NCBI GenBank assembly: GCA_963732055.1
Contig: CAVSYG010000001.1
Location: 73,756-137,755 of the forward strand
Direction: 5' to 3'
Origin: an uncultured Bacteroidota bacterium
GTDB taxonomy: Bacteria > Bacteroidota > Bacteroidia > Chitinophagales > Chitinophagaceae
Length of the DNA: 64,000 nucleotides
A model generated the notes under the pieces. That model searched no databases, had not been told where the DNA came from, and saw only the letters and a program-made list of their open reading frames with translations. Positions 52,112 to 61,221 of this stretch are shown piece by piece (positions within the stretch are counted from its first letter, which is position 1; each line of letters begins with the position of its first letter). The position numbers were made by a program, and so were the translations under genes.

Positions 52112-53230
52112 CTATGCCTGTTCCAGCAGCTGCAGCGTCTTTCTATATTCTCCGATCATTTTTTCCGCACTGAAATTATTACTAACATAATCGTGGATCG
52201 TTTCAGCAGAGAAATTAAACTGAAGGGCCTTAGACCATTTCTGGGCGATATCGGCAACCTCCGGTTCACATAAAAATCCATTCAGTCCTTCGGAAATCAT
52301 TTCGGACGCGCCGCCAATATTTGTCAAAACGACCGGCAAACCACAAGCCATTGCTTCGAGTGCTGCAATTGAAAATGTCTCTACACTTGTAGAACATAAT
52401 GTAAACAGGTTGCTGGCCCAATAAAAGGGACGAACATCCGACTGGAGACCTGCAAATTTTATAAATTCTGACATATTCATTTTTTCTGCTATTCCCCGGC
52501 ATTGCTCAAGCAACGACCCCTCGCCGACAAAAAGCAGATATGCTTTTTGGCTATATTCTGAATGCAGTAATTGAAGTGATTTGATGGCACCAATATGATT
52601 TTTTTCGAAGCGAAACGCAGCTGTCATGATGATAACAGCAGCATCCTCCGGGATTCCGTATTGATTTCTTAATTTTATTTTGTCACAATCATCGCCCGGT
52701 AAACGCCATTTGTTTATATCAATACCATTGTGAATAGTTTTGAACTGGCGCTTGGGAATACTGTATTTGAGGGCTGTGTAGTTTGCCTGGTTCTCAGAAA
52801 CTGTAATAATAAGATCTTTACTGGTTAAAAGGGTTGAATACAATTTATTCAGATTATTTTCCTTTTTGTTCTTTGGGATCGTACTGTGATAAGAAACAAT
52901 AACAAAAGGTTTCTGCTTTAGTCCGCTGATGATCAGCTTTGCCAGAAAAAAACTAAAAAAATTCAGGCAGAAGATAATGTCAGGCTTTTCAGTGCGGATT
53001 AACCTTCTTAAAGTTCTGAGCGGAGCAAAGTCAAACTTTCCTGTTCTCGGGAGAGGCAGAAACCGGATTTCTTTATTGAATTCTTCCTGGGCCTTATTGT
53101 CATCACTCAGACTTACGACTACTTGTGATTTTACATCTTTCACCAGGGTATTGGCCAGCAGAATAAGAAATTTTTCTGCTCCGCCTACGGGGAAAGCAGG
53201 GGCTATATAAAAAATGGTTTTATGTGACAA
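52112..53230 (-). CDS. GT4 glycosyltransferase
   Basis: GGAEK, IHNGID, EKNH and ETFSIAALEAMACGLPVV..GGASE. TTG start. Confidence 0.92.
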   Translation of the reverse strand: MSHKTIFYIAPAFPVGGAEKFLILLANTLVKDVKSQVVVSLSDDNKAQEEFNKEIRFLPLPRTGKFDFAPLRTLRRLIRTEKPDIIFCLNFFSFFLAKLIISGLKQKPFVIVSYHSTIPKNKKENNLNKLYSTLLTSKDLIITVSENQANYTALKYSIPKRQFKTIHNGIDINKWRLPGDDCDKIKLRNQYGIPEDAAVIIMTAAFRFEKNHIGAIKSLQLLHSEYSQKAYLLFVGEGSLLEQCRGIAEKMNMSEFIKFAGLQSDVRPFYWASNLFTLCSTSVETFSIAALEAMACGLPVVLTNIGGASEMISEGLNGFLCEPEVADIAQKWSKALQFNFSAETIHDYVSNNFSAEKMIGEYRKTLQLLEQA

Positions 53231-53232
53231 TC

Positions 53233-54603
53233 CTAAACGACTTTTTTCAGATAAAGTAATGACGGATCGGTTTTATTACGGCTATTTTTGATCCGGATAT
53301 CATTATATTTATTTTCTCCAATAAGTGAAACAATAAATAGAAATGTGATACTGGATGTAAGCTCTCCGTTTTGCCCCACGCAGTAGATAATAATAAAAAT
53401 CAATATCGTAACTAGTGGCGATATTCCAATATTTTTTTTGAAAGAATTCCTGAATATGGATATCACCAGAAGAGAATACATACACAATCCGACAATTCCG
53501 TTTTCTATTAATAGCAATAACAAGCCGTTATGGGGAGGCAGGAAATTTCTTCCCAGGTTTCTCTTTACAAAGCCCCAAAAACCGATTCCGAATACCTGCT
53601 CTACCGGCTTTAGTTTTTGAAAGGCTTCAAATGCATTGGAAGAGGCTTCTCCCCGCCATTCCAGTGCATCCAGTGCCTGGGCATTATAGTTAAATCCCAT
53701 ATGTTTATTAAAGACGGCTATTGGTTCATCCACCATCCTTTGGGTAATGTTTTCCACGAATTCACTATTTAAATTGAGAACCTGTTGTACCGTGACAAAT
53801 ATAAATAGTGCCAGGAATATGGCAGCAATCCCCATGGTTATTAGCTTGACGGCTTTCTTTGAACTTTCCTTTGATCTTAATTGCCTTCCTATTAGAAAAA
53901 TTGAAATACCTATGATTCCCAGCAGTGAACTTCTGGAAGTTGACATCAGCACACCCAAAAACATAATAGGCAGAAGAAGAGTAAGTTTACCAATATTCCG
54001 TTTATTGATGAATTCATTTATCAGAAATACAAAACACATACCGCAAATCAGGCCATAAAAATTATGATTGATCACTTCAATAATTTCCCCTTGTTCATCA
54101 TATTGGACCGGAATATTGAGTGCCAGTAAATAAATCCTTTGAACTGGAAAATGGCCGATGATAGCATACGAATAGGCCAGATCGGCAAAACAGATAAGCC
54201 CCGCAAGTATAAGGCTTATTTTAATGTAAGTATAATCCCCTTTTTTGCAAAAATAGTAGAACCCGCAATAAACCGAAATGGCTGTCAGGAATGTCAGTTT
54301 GATAAAAGCAAAATCAACCAGGTCGTATGCTAATGTGACCAGGTAACTATAAAAGATGAAAAGGATGATGTATATGGCGTTCGAACTCAAAAAAGGAGGA
54401 GGTTTTTCTCCTTTGACAGGAATGATGGTTCGGAGAAATAACGTAATTCCTATGACCGCTCTGATATTTAAAGGCAGACCAGCGACCTCAAAATTAATAT
54501 CCGCTATGGTTATCGTAAAAAATAAAACAGCAATGATTTCCGGCTTGGTAATCAAAATGTATATAAACATTCCCCCCGCTAATGCAAGTAAAATAGTATT
54601 CAC
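53233..54603 (-). CDS. O-antigen polymerase/ligase-like membrane protein (putative Wzy)
   Basis: About 11 TMs, STSRSSLLG and PPHNGLLLLLIENG (Wzy_C/WaaL-type motifs). Located in a Wzx/Wza/Wzc locus. Confidence 0.75.
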   Translation of the reverse strand: MNTILLALAGGMFIYILITKPEIIAVLFFTITIADINFEVAGLPLNIRAVIGITLFLRTIIPVKGEKPPPFLSSNAIYIILFIFYSYLVTLAYDLVDFAFIKLTFLTAISVYCGFYYFCKKGDYTYIKISLILAGLICFADLAYSYAIIGHFPVQRIYLLALNIPVQYDEQGEIIEVINHNFYGLICGMCFVFLINEFINKRNIGKLTLLLPIMFLGVLMSTSRSSLLGIIGISIFLIGRQLRSKESSKKAVKLITMGIAAIFLALFIFVTVQQVLNLNSEFVENITQRMVDEPIAVFNKHMGFNYNAQALDALEWRGEASSNAFEAFQKLKPVEQVFGIGFWGFVKRNLGRNFLPPHNGLLLLLIENGIVGLCMYSLLVISIFRNSFKKNIGISPLVTILIFIIIYCVGQNGELTSSITFLFIVSLIGENKYNDIRIKNSRNKTDPSLLYLKKVV

Positions 54604-54645
54604 CAGGAAAACTTATAAAATGTTATCACAACAAAAGAAAATTTC

Positions 54646-55662
54646 TTAGATATTTTTTTTAATTTTTTTAACCAGATTTTTCAAATAAACTATTGGATGA
54701 ATCATCATTAATTTATTTAAAAACATTTTCTTAAACCCCCGTGTGTTGTATGTAACAACAATCCATTTTTCAATGAGAATTTGGTAGCAAAGAAATGCAT
54801 TATAATTACCGTTTTTTTTAAGATATGAATATAATTTCACCATCCAGTTCTCGAGGCTGCGGATTCTATCAGGATTTCCAAAGAAGAAAGCATTATAAGA
54901 TAGTGCATTTGAATGAACATCCAGTTCGGATTTTGAATATTCAATTCCCAGATCATCGAGTATCCTTTTGTTTATCTTATTGACATGTGCAAACATGATT
55001 TCACTTTTTCTTGTACTCATATTGTTGTCATGCACCCTATACAAAGTTGTAAACTCCGGCAGGTTTAATATTTTTCCCGTCCGGGATATCCTGTACCAGA
55101 GATCATAGTCTTCGCATACCTGAAAGTTCTCATCATATTTAAGGTCTTTTGCAATACCCGTGCGCATCATGATCGCGGAATGACAAAAGCAATTGTGTAA
55201 TAGCAGATAGGACTGGGCATCCCGGTTATTCGCGGGGAACGTAACGTTTTTTAGGAATCTGCCGTTTGAATCAATCGTTTGAAAGTAACTGCCACACAAG
55301 TCATAATCCGGATTTTCTGATAGGAATCTGACTTGTTTTTCGAGCCGGTATGGCAGGGCAATATCATCTGCATCTATTCTGGCAATATATATACCATTTG
55401 ATTCCCGAAGACCTCTGTTCAGCGAGAATATAATTCCTTTGTTACCGTCGTTTGGGAAGTATTTTATTCTTTTATCCTGATATTTCAGGATCAGATTTTC
55501 AGTACTGTCCGTTGAGCCATCGTTGATAATAACCAGTTCCCAGTTCCGATAGGTTTGAGCCAATATGCTATCCAGAGATTCTGCCAGATATTTTTCCCCA
55601 TTATATACAGGAAGTACGATGGAAACCAGCGCCGCTTGTTCGTCGTTTAAATTTATTGCCAT
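54646..55662 (-). CDS. GT2 glycosyltransferase
   Basis: VSIVLPVYN, INDGSTD, ARIDADD and EDYDLW. Confidence 0.92.
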   Translation of the reverse strand: MAINLNDEQAALVSIVLPVYNGEKYLAESLDSILAQTYRNWELVIINDGSTDSTENLILKYQDKRIKYFPNDGNKGIIFSLNRGLRESNGIYIARIDADDIALPYRLEKQVRFLSENPDYDLCGSYFQTIDSNGRFLKNVTFPANNRDAQSYLLLHNCFCHSAIMMRTGIAKDLKYDENFQVCEDYDLWYRISRTGKILNLPEFTTLYRVHDNNMSTRKSEIMFAHVNKINKRILDDLGIEYSKSELDVHSNALSYNAFFFGNPDRIRSLENWMVKLYSYLKKNGNYNAFLCYQILIEKWIVVTYNTRGFKKMFLNKLMMIHPIVYLKNLVKKIKKNI

Positions 55663-55723
55663 CAATATTTACCGGAAATTATTGAAGAATTTTAAATATG
55701 CCTGTTAAAGCCGGTAAAAACTC

Positions 55724-57007
55724 CTAACCGTAGTTAAATAGTATTTTTCTGAATATAATTACCATGATAACGAAGTAGAGCAAATTGCCGACCGCATATC
55801 CGATCGTAGCGCCTACTGTTCCGTATAATGCCACAAAACCACAGCTAAAGACTACCTGTCCTGAATAACTGACAAATTCCATAGTTATATACGTTTTTGT
55901 CATTGCTTTTGCAATCATCAGATATCCCAATATCCATCCCGCCATTTTAAATATATCTCCAATAAGCTGAAAACCAAATAATTCCTGCATGCCGGCAAAT
56001 TCCTTTGTAAATAATATCTGAATTATTAATTTTCTTAAAAAGTATATGACAATGGTAGCGGCAATGAGCAGGGGGATAATCAATTTATAAACGCTGAAGA
56101 TTTCCTTTCTTAACTCATTTTTGTTTCTGAGTTCAGCCAGTCTCGGCAGATAATATACGCTCAGTGATGTTGTTATAACCAGGAGGTACATAATGGAGAT
56201 TCTGTTTATTCCCTCCCATAATCCGGCGCTGGTTATGGATTCATGGTTCTTGATATAACTCCTGATAATCAATTGACTAACTGGCACCACGATGGCGCTT
56301 ACAAGAGCCATGACTGAATAATGAGCGAGTCTGCCGGTTACCAGTTTGCTAAATTTTCTTGTAAATACCCGCCATTCAAACCAATAGGATTTGTGAATAA
56401 TCCCCAAAGTCAGAAGGAAAACGATCGATTGAAATGTAACTACCGAGATCAGAGCGCCTGAAACGCCATATCTGATGGATAGTATAACAGAGAATATCAG
56501 GCCGACGATACTACCCAGGATATTCGCAATGATGTATTTTTTATATTCTTTAAACCCGTTTATTACGGAAATCAGTAATGCATTTAAAGCATATAAAATG
56601 ATCGTACAGCCAAAAAAATAAAAAACGAACCTGTATTTTTCGTCAAGCAATATGATTTTGGAAAAATATCCGGCACCCGCGATCAACGCAATGCTCGTCA
56701 GGATTGAAAAGAATATGGTGACCCAGAATCCCGTGCCGAGAAAAAGGAGATATTTTTTTCTGGAACCGGAATATTCAGATACATACTTTGTCATTCCGGC
56801 ATTAATACCGCCGCTGGATATGCCCAGGGTAATCGTTGAAAAATTATTCAACTGGCCGAGCAAAGCAATACCCGCCGGCCCGATTATTGCCGCTACAACT
56901 TTTACGCTGACCAACCCTGTGAGCATTTTAATGACTGTGGAAACGGCATTCAGGGATGAAACCTTCACCAGATCGGTCGAAAAAGCTTTTCTTAATTTGA
57001 CTATCAC
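55724..57007 (-). CDS. wzx: O-antigen/EPS flippase (WzxE-like)
   Basis: 12-14 TMs, IGPAGIALLGQ, GLWEG..RIS..Y, VYYLPRLAE and QLIGD..K. Confidence 0.88.
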   Translation of the reverse strand: MIVKLRKAFSTDLVKVSSLNAVSTVIKMLTGLVSVKVVAAIIGPAGIALLGQLNNFSTITLGISSGGINAGMTKYVSEYSGSRKKYLLFLGTGFWVTIFFSILTSIALIAGAGYFSKIILLDEKYRFVFYFFGCTIILYALNALLISVINGFKEYKKYIIANILGSIVGLIFSVILSIRYGVSGALISVVTFQSIVFLLTLGIIHKSYWFEWRVFTRKFSKLVTGRLAHYSVMALVSAIVVPVSQLIIRSYIKNHESITSAGLWEGINRISIMYLLVITTSLSVYYLPRLAELRNKNELRKEIFSVYKLIIPLLIAATIVIYFLRKLIIQILFTKEFAGMQELFGFQLIGDIFKMAGWILGYLMIAKAMTKTYITMEFVSYSGQVVFSCGFVALYGTVGATIGYAVGNLLYFVIMVIIFRKILFNYG

Positions 57008-57269
57008 GTTTGAATTAGAATTATAAGTGACCGGGACAGAAACAGCTACGCCACCTCAGTCCCACAGAAAGGACCAATTTAATCAAATTTTGGTTGTAAC
57101 CGTCACAATACCAGCGAATTATACTGGTTTGTCTTTATGCTTACTAAAAACGCATAAAAACCCGATTTAAGTATTTGGAATTGATATTGATTTTAGAATC
57201 CTTACTCTGAGTCTGAACAGGAAACAGTTGTTCTTGCAAGGACGTGATCGGGGAGAGGTCTCCGGTCGA

Positions 57270-59642
57270 TTATACTGTTTTCTTCTTCCTGGCTTTTCCG
57301 TATGAATCGTAAGAAGATTTATAATCGTAACCGTAACCATAACCATAGCCATAGCTATATTGGCCAATACCTCTTTTCTTTATACCATTAAAAATCAAAG
57401 CCACGTTTTTAATATTATGGAATTCCATATTCTCTTTAAGCATTTTAATATTGTTTTTTCGCACTTTGCCATGCCGAATCACATATAGTGTATAATCGCA
57501 GAGTGGTGCAATCACATACACATCTGTTATAGGATTTATAGGTGGCATATCAATAATCAGTATATCCACTTTAGTGTTTAAATAATCCAGAAATACTTCA
57601 ATTTTCCCGTTGAGTAATAACTCTGATGCGTCCTCTTCAAGATGGCCGGCCTGTACGAAATATAAATCAGGGTTAAAAGGGGTTTGTAATAAAATCTCAG
57701 ATTCAGAAACCTTGCCCATCAGATAATCCGTGATCCCGACACCTCTTTCCAACCCAAGCAATTCACAGATAGAAGGCTGATGTAGATCCAGCTCAAGTAA
57801 GGCTACTTTTTTATTATTTCTCGTTATCAGGTTGGCCAGATTGGTCGCTATAAAGCTTTTTCCTTCGCCTTCTATGGATGAAGTAAATACGATCCTTTTT
57901 ACATGTCCGGGTGTGTCAGAAAGGTTCTTTACCGCTGATCTCAGCAATCGAAATTGTTCGATGATAAAACTTCTTTCTTTTGTAGCTGTTATCAGACCGT
58001 TCTGGAACTTTCCTTCGATGATTTCGCCGATAACAGGAAAATTTGTCAGCGCTTCAATATCGCTTCTGTATAGTATTTTATTGTTGAGTATATTTTTCAA
58101 TGATATGATCGTACTACCCAGGGCAAAGGGAAAAACCAGGGCCATCAGATAGATTAAACCTCTTTTTGGACTTACCGGCGTAACGGTAGATGTCGCTTTA
58201 TCAACAATATAACTATCAGGCAGTACAGAACTCATTGTATACGAAGCCGCTTCTTCTCTTTTTTGTAAAAGGAATGAATATATTTCAGCGGTGATATTTC
58301 TTTGCCGGCTGACTTCTACCAGTTCCTTTTCTTTCTGGGGTATGGCATTCGCCATCGCTGAGTCGCGATTGGATATTTTGTCTACATATGATTGGTTGGT
58401 CTGCAGATTCGCTTTCTGGCTCTTAATTGTTTCAAGTACCGCCGATTCGTTCTTTACAATTTCATCCTTTATAGAAGAGAGAATAGGATTGTTTTCAGCG
58501 GTCGTTTTACGAAGCCTTGCATATTCGCTTTGGGCATTGTGTAATTTTTCCAGCAATTGGTTCAGCGTAGGGTCCGTTATTTCAAAGGTGGAAGGCACTA
58601 CACTGGAAGTATCATTTTTTGTTTCCAGGTAGTGTTGAACCTCATCCAGCACATTCATCTGCATTTTCATCTTATTTTTCTGCTGGTCGTTCGTCGTCAT
58701 ACTTTGCAGATACAAACGGCTCTGCTCACTGATATCCACAATCCCGGTTTTGTTACGGTATTTCTGAATACTGTTATCTACTGAATCAAGTTGATATTTA
58801 ACATTTTTTAGTCTGTCTTCTATAAAACTCAAAGTGCTGGCAGCAATATCGCTCTTCTGTTTAACCGCATTCTGATTGTAAGAAGTGACTATATTGGTTA
58901 TGATCGCCTCCCCTTCTTCCGGAACGGGATCTTTTATTTTTAATGTTATAACAGAAGATTGTTTACTGGTCGGAGCCGCAACCAGATTTTCACCAAGAGC
59001 ATCCGTTTCATTAACCAGGCTTATAAGAGAGAAAAAGTATTTTACTTTTGACTGGTCCTTGCCAATAGAATTGTATAACCCATAATGTGGATTCTGAATA
59101 AATCGTATCACGCCCCATTCCGTCTTTGCCCATTCATTCAGGGGGTAAACCTTGCCTGCGATTTCTACATTGTTTGTATTAGGCGCAATACTAAAATATA
59201 CCTTTTTGACTTCAATGATGGATCCGGGGTCCGACACTTCCAGTATAACCGGACTGGTTAAATAGGCATTTCTTTTGATCATTCCACGCCATCCTGATTC
59301 TGTGTAAATAGGCGCATACAACCTCATTTTGGTCACAACATCTATAATCACCTCATTTGACCGTATAATTTCCAATTCATTTTCAACAATTTTTTTCGTG
59401 TTGAAAAGATTTAGCAATTCTTCCATTTTCGAATCTTCCTGACCTTTTTTTTCATCCTTTATCAGAATGCTGGCCGAAGATTCATATACGGGAACAGTAT
59501 ATTGGAGGTACACAAAGGCAAGAGCCAGACTGAACAGGAGCAAAACAGCAAAAAAGGGCCAGTAGGGCAGATATTTAATTGCCAGGTGCTGAAAAAAGTT
59601 CTCATTATCAGCATCCGTTGCAATTGGCTGCTTTTTTTCCAT
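57270..59642 (-). CDS. wzc: Polysaccharide co-polymerase / BY-kinase
   Basis: Two TMs flanking a coiled-coil periplasmic region, Walker A TSSIEGEGKS, Walker A' LLELDL, Walker B IIDMPP, and a C-terminal tyrosine cluster YSYGYGYGYGYDYKSSYDSY. Confidence 0.95.
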   Translation of the reverse strand: MEKKQPIATDADNENFFQHLAIKYLPYWPFFAVLLLFSLALAFVYLQYTVPVYESSASILIKDEKKGQEDSKMEELLNLFNTKKIVENELEIIRSNEVIIDVVTKMRLYAPIYTESGWRGMIKRNAYLTSPVILEVSDPGSIIEVKKVYFSIAPNTNNVEIAGKVYPLNEWAKTEWGVIRFIQNPHYGLYNSIGKDQSKVKYFFSLISLVNETDALGENLVAAPTSKQSSVITLKIKDPVPEEGEAIITNIVTSYNQNAVKQKSDIAASTLSFIEDRLKNVKYQLDSVDNSIQKYRNKTGIVDISEQSRLYLQSMTTNDQQKNKMKMQMNVLDEVQHYLETKNDTSSVVPSTFEITDPTLNQLLEKLHNAQSEYARLRKTTAENNPILSSIKDEIVKNESAVLETIKSQKANLQTNQSYVDKISNRDSAMANAIPQKEKELVEVSRQRNITAEIYSFLLQKREEAASYTMSSVLPDSYIVDKATSTVTPVSPKRGLIYLMALVFPFALGSTIISLKNILNNKILYRSDIEALTNFPVIGEIIEGKFQNGLITATKERSFIIEQFRLLRSAVKNLSDTPGHVKRIVFTSSIEGEGKSFIATNLANLITRNNKKVALLELDLHQPSICELLGLERGVGITDYLMGKVSESEILLQTPFNPDLYFVQAGHLEEDASELLLNGKIEVFLDYLNTKVDILIIDMPPINPITDVYVIAPLCDYTLYVIRHGKVRKNNIKMLKENMEFHNIKNVALIFNGIKKRGIGQYSYGYGYGYGYDYKSSYDSYGKARKKKTV

Positions 59643-59698
59643 ATTCAAAGGGTTTTATACAGTATCATATACCACGCTGTAACGTATTATTACTTGCT

Positions 59699-60514
59699 TT
59701 ATTTTCTATATTCAATCGCACTGATGGTTATGATTAATAATGATACCACGCTCAATATGATGGGTGTAACCTGGGCAAACCTTTCCTTCTTTTCCCTGTT
59801 TTGACTTGGTTCAACATAAATGACATCATTTGACTTCAGGTAATAGTAGGGTGAAGTAAACAAACCACTGGAGGTCAGGTCTATTCTTACGATCAATTTA
59901 TCGCCCTTATCGTCTTCCCGAATCAGTAACACATTGTCTTTCTTACCATAAATAGTTATATCTCCAGCAAAACTCAGGGCTTCCAGCAAACTGATTTTTT
60001 CATTCGGAGTAGTATAAACTCCGGGTTTGGACACCTCACCCAAAACACTTACTCTGAAATTCAATTGCCTAATGGTTACAATCGGATCAATTAATTGTTT
60101 TGTATCCACCAGTTGTTTCGTTAAAAGAGCCTGCAACTGAGATTTAGTCAGGCCCTGCGCATGTATTTTCCCTAAGACGGGAAACAAAATGTCCCCATTC
60201 AGATTTACCAGGTAGCCGATCGTCAGGGTATTGCCAAATGATGTAGCAGAGCTGGTTGTTGGGGTGGATTCATTGGGTGCATTAAAAATGGCTGAAGCCG
60301 TAGGGTTGGCACTACTTACAGTAATGCTAAGCAAATCATTGATTTGAATAAATGATTCAATATTAGGAGGGAATTTGCTTTTTATCGTGACATTGTCGAT
60401 ACCGTCAAAATAGATAATCTTTTTTGTGCCGCAGGAAGATGTGAATAAGGTTAGAATTATTAACAAAAATGCTGAAGAACTTTTGAGTTTTGTCCGAAGG
60501 GTCGTTTGATACAT
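59699..60514 (-). CDS. wza: Polysaccharide export lipoprotein (OPX/Wza)
   Basis: Lipobox TSSC, DLLSITV, GDILFPVLG, VSVLGEV and SLBB motif ALSFAGD. ATG 60514 is preferred over TTG 60538. Confidence 0.92.
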   Translation of the reverse strand: MYQTTLRTKLKSSSAFLLIILTLFTSSCGTKKIIYFDGIDNVTIKSKFPPNIESFIQINDLLSITVSSANPTASAIFNAPNESTPTTSSATSFGNTLTIGYLVNLNGDILFPVLGKIHAQGLTKSQLQALLTKQLVDTKQLIDPIVTIRQLNFRVSVLGEVSKPGVYTTPNEKISLLEALSFAGDITIYGKKDNVLLIREDDKGDKLIVRIDLTSSGLFTSPYYYLKSNDVIYVEPSQNREKKERFAQVTPIILSVVSLLIITISAIEYRK

Positions 60515-61221
60515 AATAAGTAATACGTTGATTATCAATTTTTTATATATGAGTTAATAAGTGTGTTTCTGCTCGGTTGATCAGTTGATCTTCTGATGTA
60601 AATACTGTACCCTGAAATTTTTATAAGAATGCTGGATTATATTTCTCACCATTCCTGACTACTCTTTTTGATGAGTCCGGGAAAATCAAGTTAAGCACTT
60701 TGAATAGCTGTAAACTTTTCCGGCAGAAGGATATGTGGAATTCCTCAAAACTATATCAGGTAGCTATCGAGGCTTAAAGATAGAAATTTTTATCAAAGAT
60801 CTATGCATGTGTTAACAAATTGGAATACAATTAAATTGACCATCATTTGACTGAAAAATTGCGGAAAATTATATATAAAATATGTGGTTTCCCAAATCGG
60901 GAATATTTCCTCGTTGAGGACAGATTCCCATACTGATATTTCAAAAAGGGCTAAGAGATTTTTCTGATTTTTATATTTAATTGCTAAAAAAAATTGTGAA
61001 TAATTGTGTCACAAAATGTGGATTACTTTTAATTCTCTCAGGATCAGAATTTTAATCCCGAAAATGTTGTAGCATTTATTCAACAATTCTCATTCGGAAA
61101 TTTTTGGCAAGTAATTTGAACACGTTCGGGTAGTTTGAAAATATTAACTAAGAAGACGTTAATATTTAGAATTTAAAATCCAAACGAGAAGTTATCCAAT
61201 ATCATCCAATATCCACCGACT

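Noticed and set aside
57325-57360. Hexamer microsatellite (ACCATA/GCCATA)
   Set aside because: It encodes the normal Gly-Tyr phosphorylation cluster of Wzc.
60540-61220. Bacteroidota sigma-70 promoter (TAnnTTTG), invertible promoter or ncRNA in the divergent spacer
   Set aside because: I found no exact -7 consensus on either strand, no long flanking inverted repeats and no recombinase gene. CGGGTAGTTTG at about 61107 is too weak to call ops.
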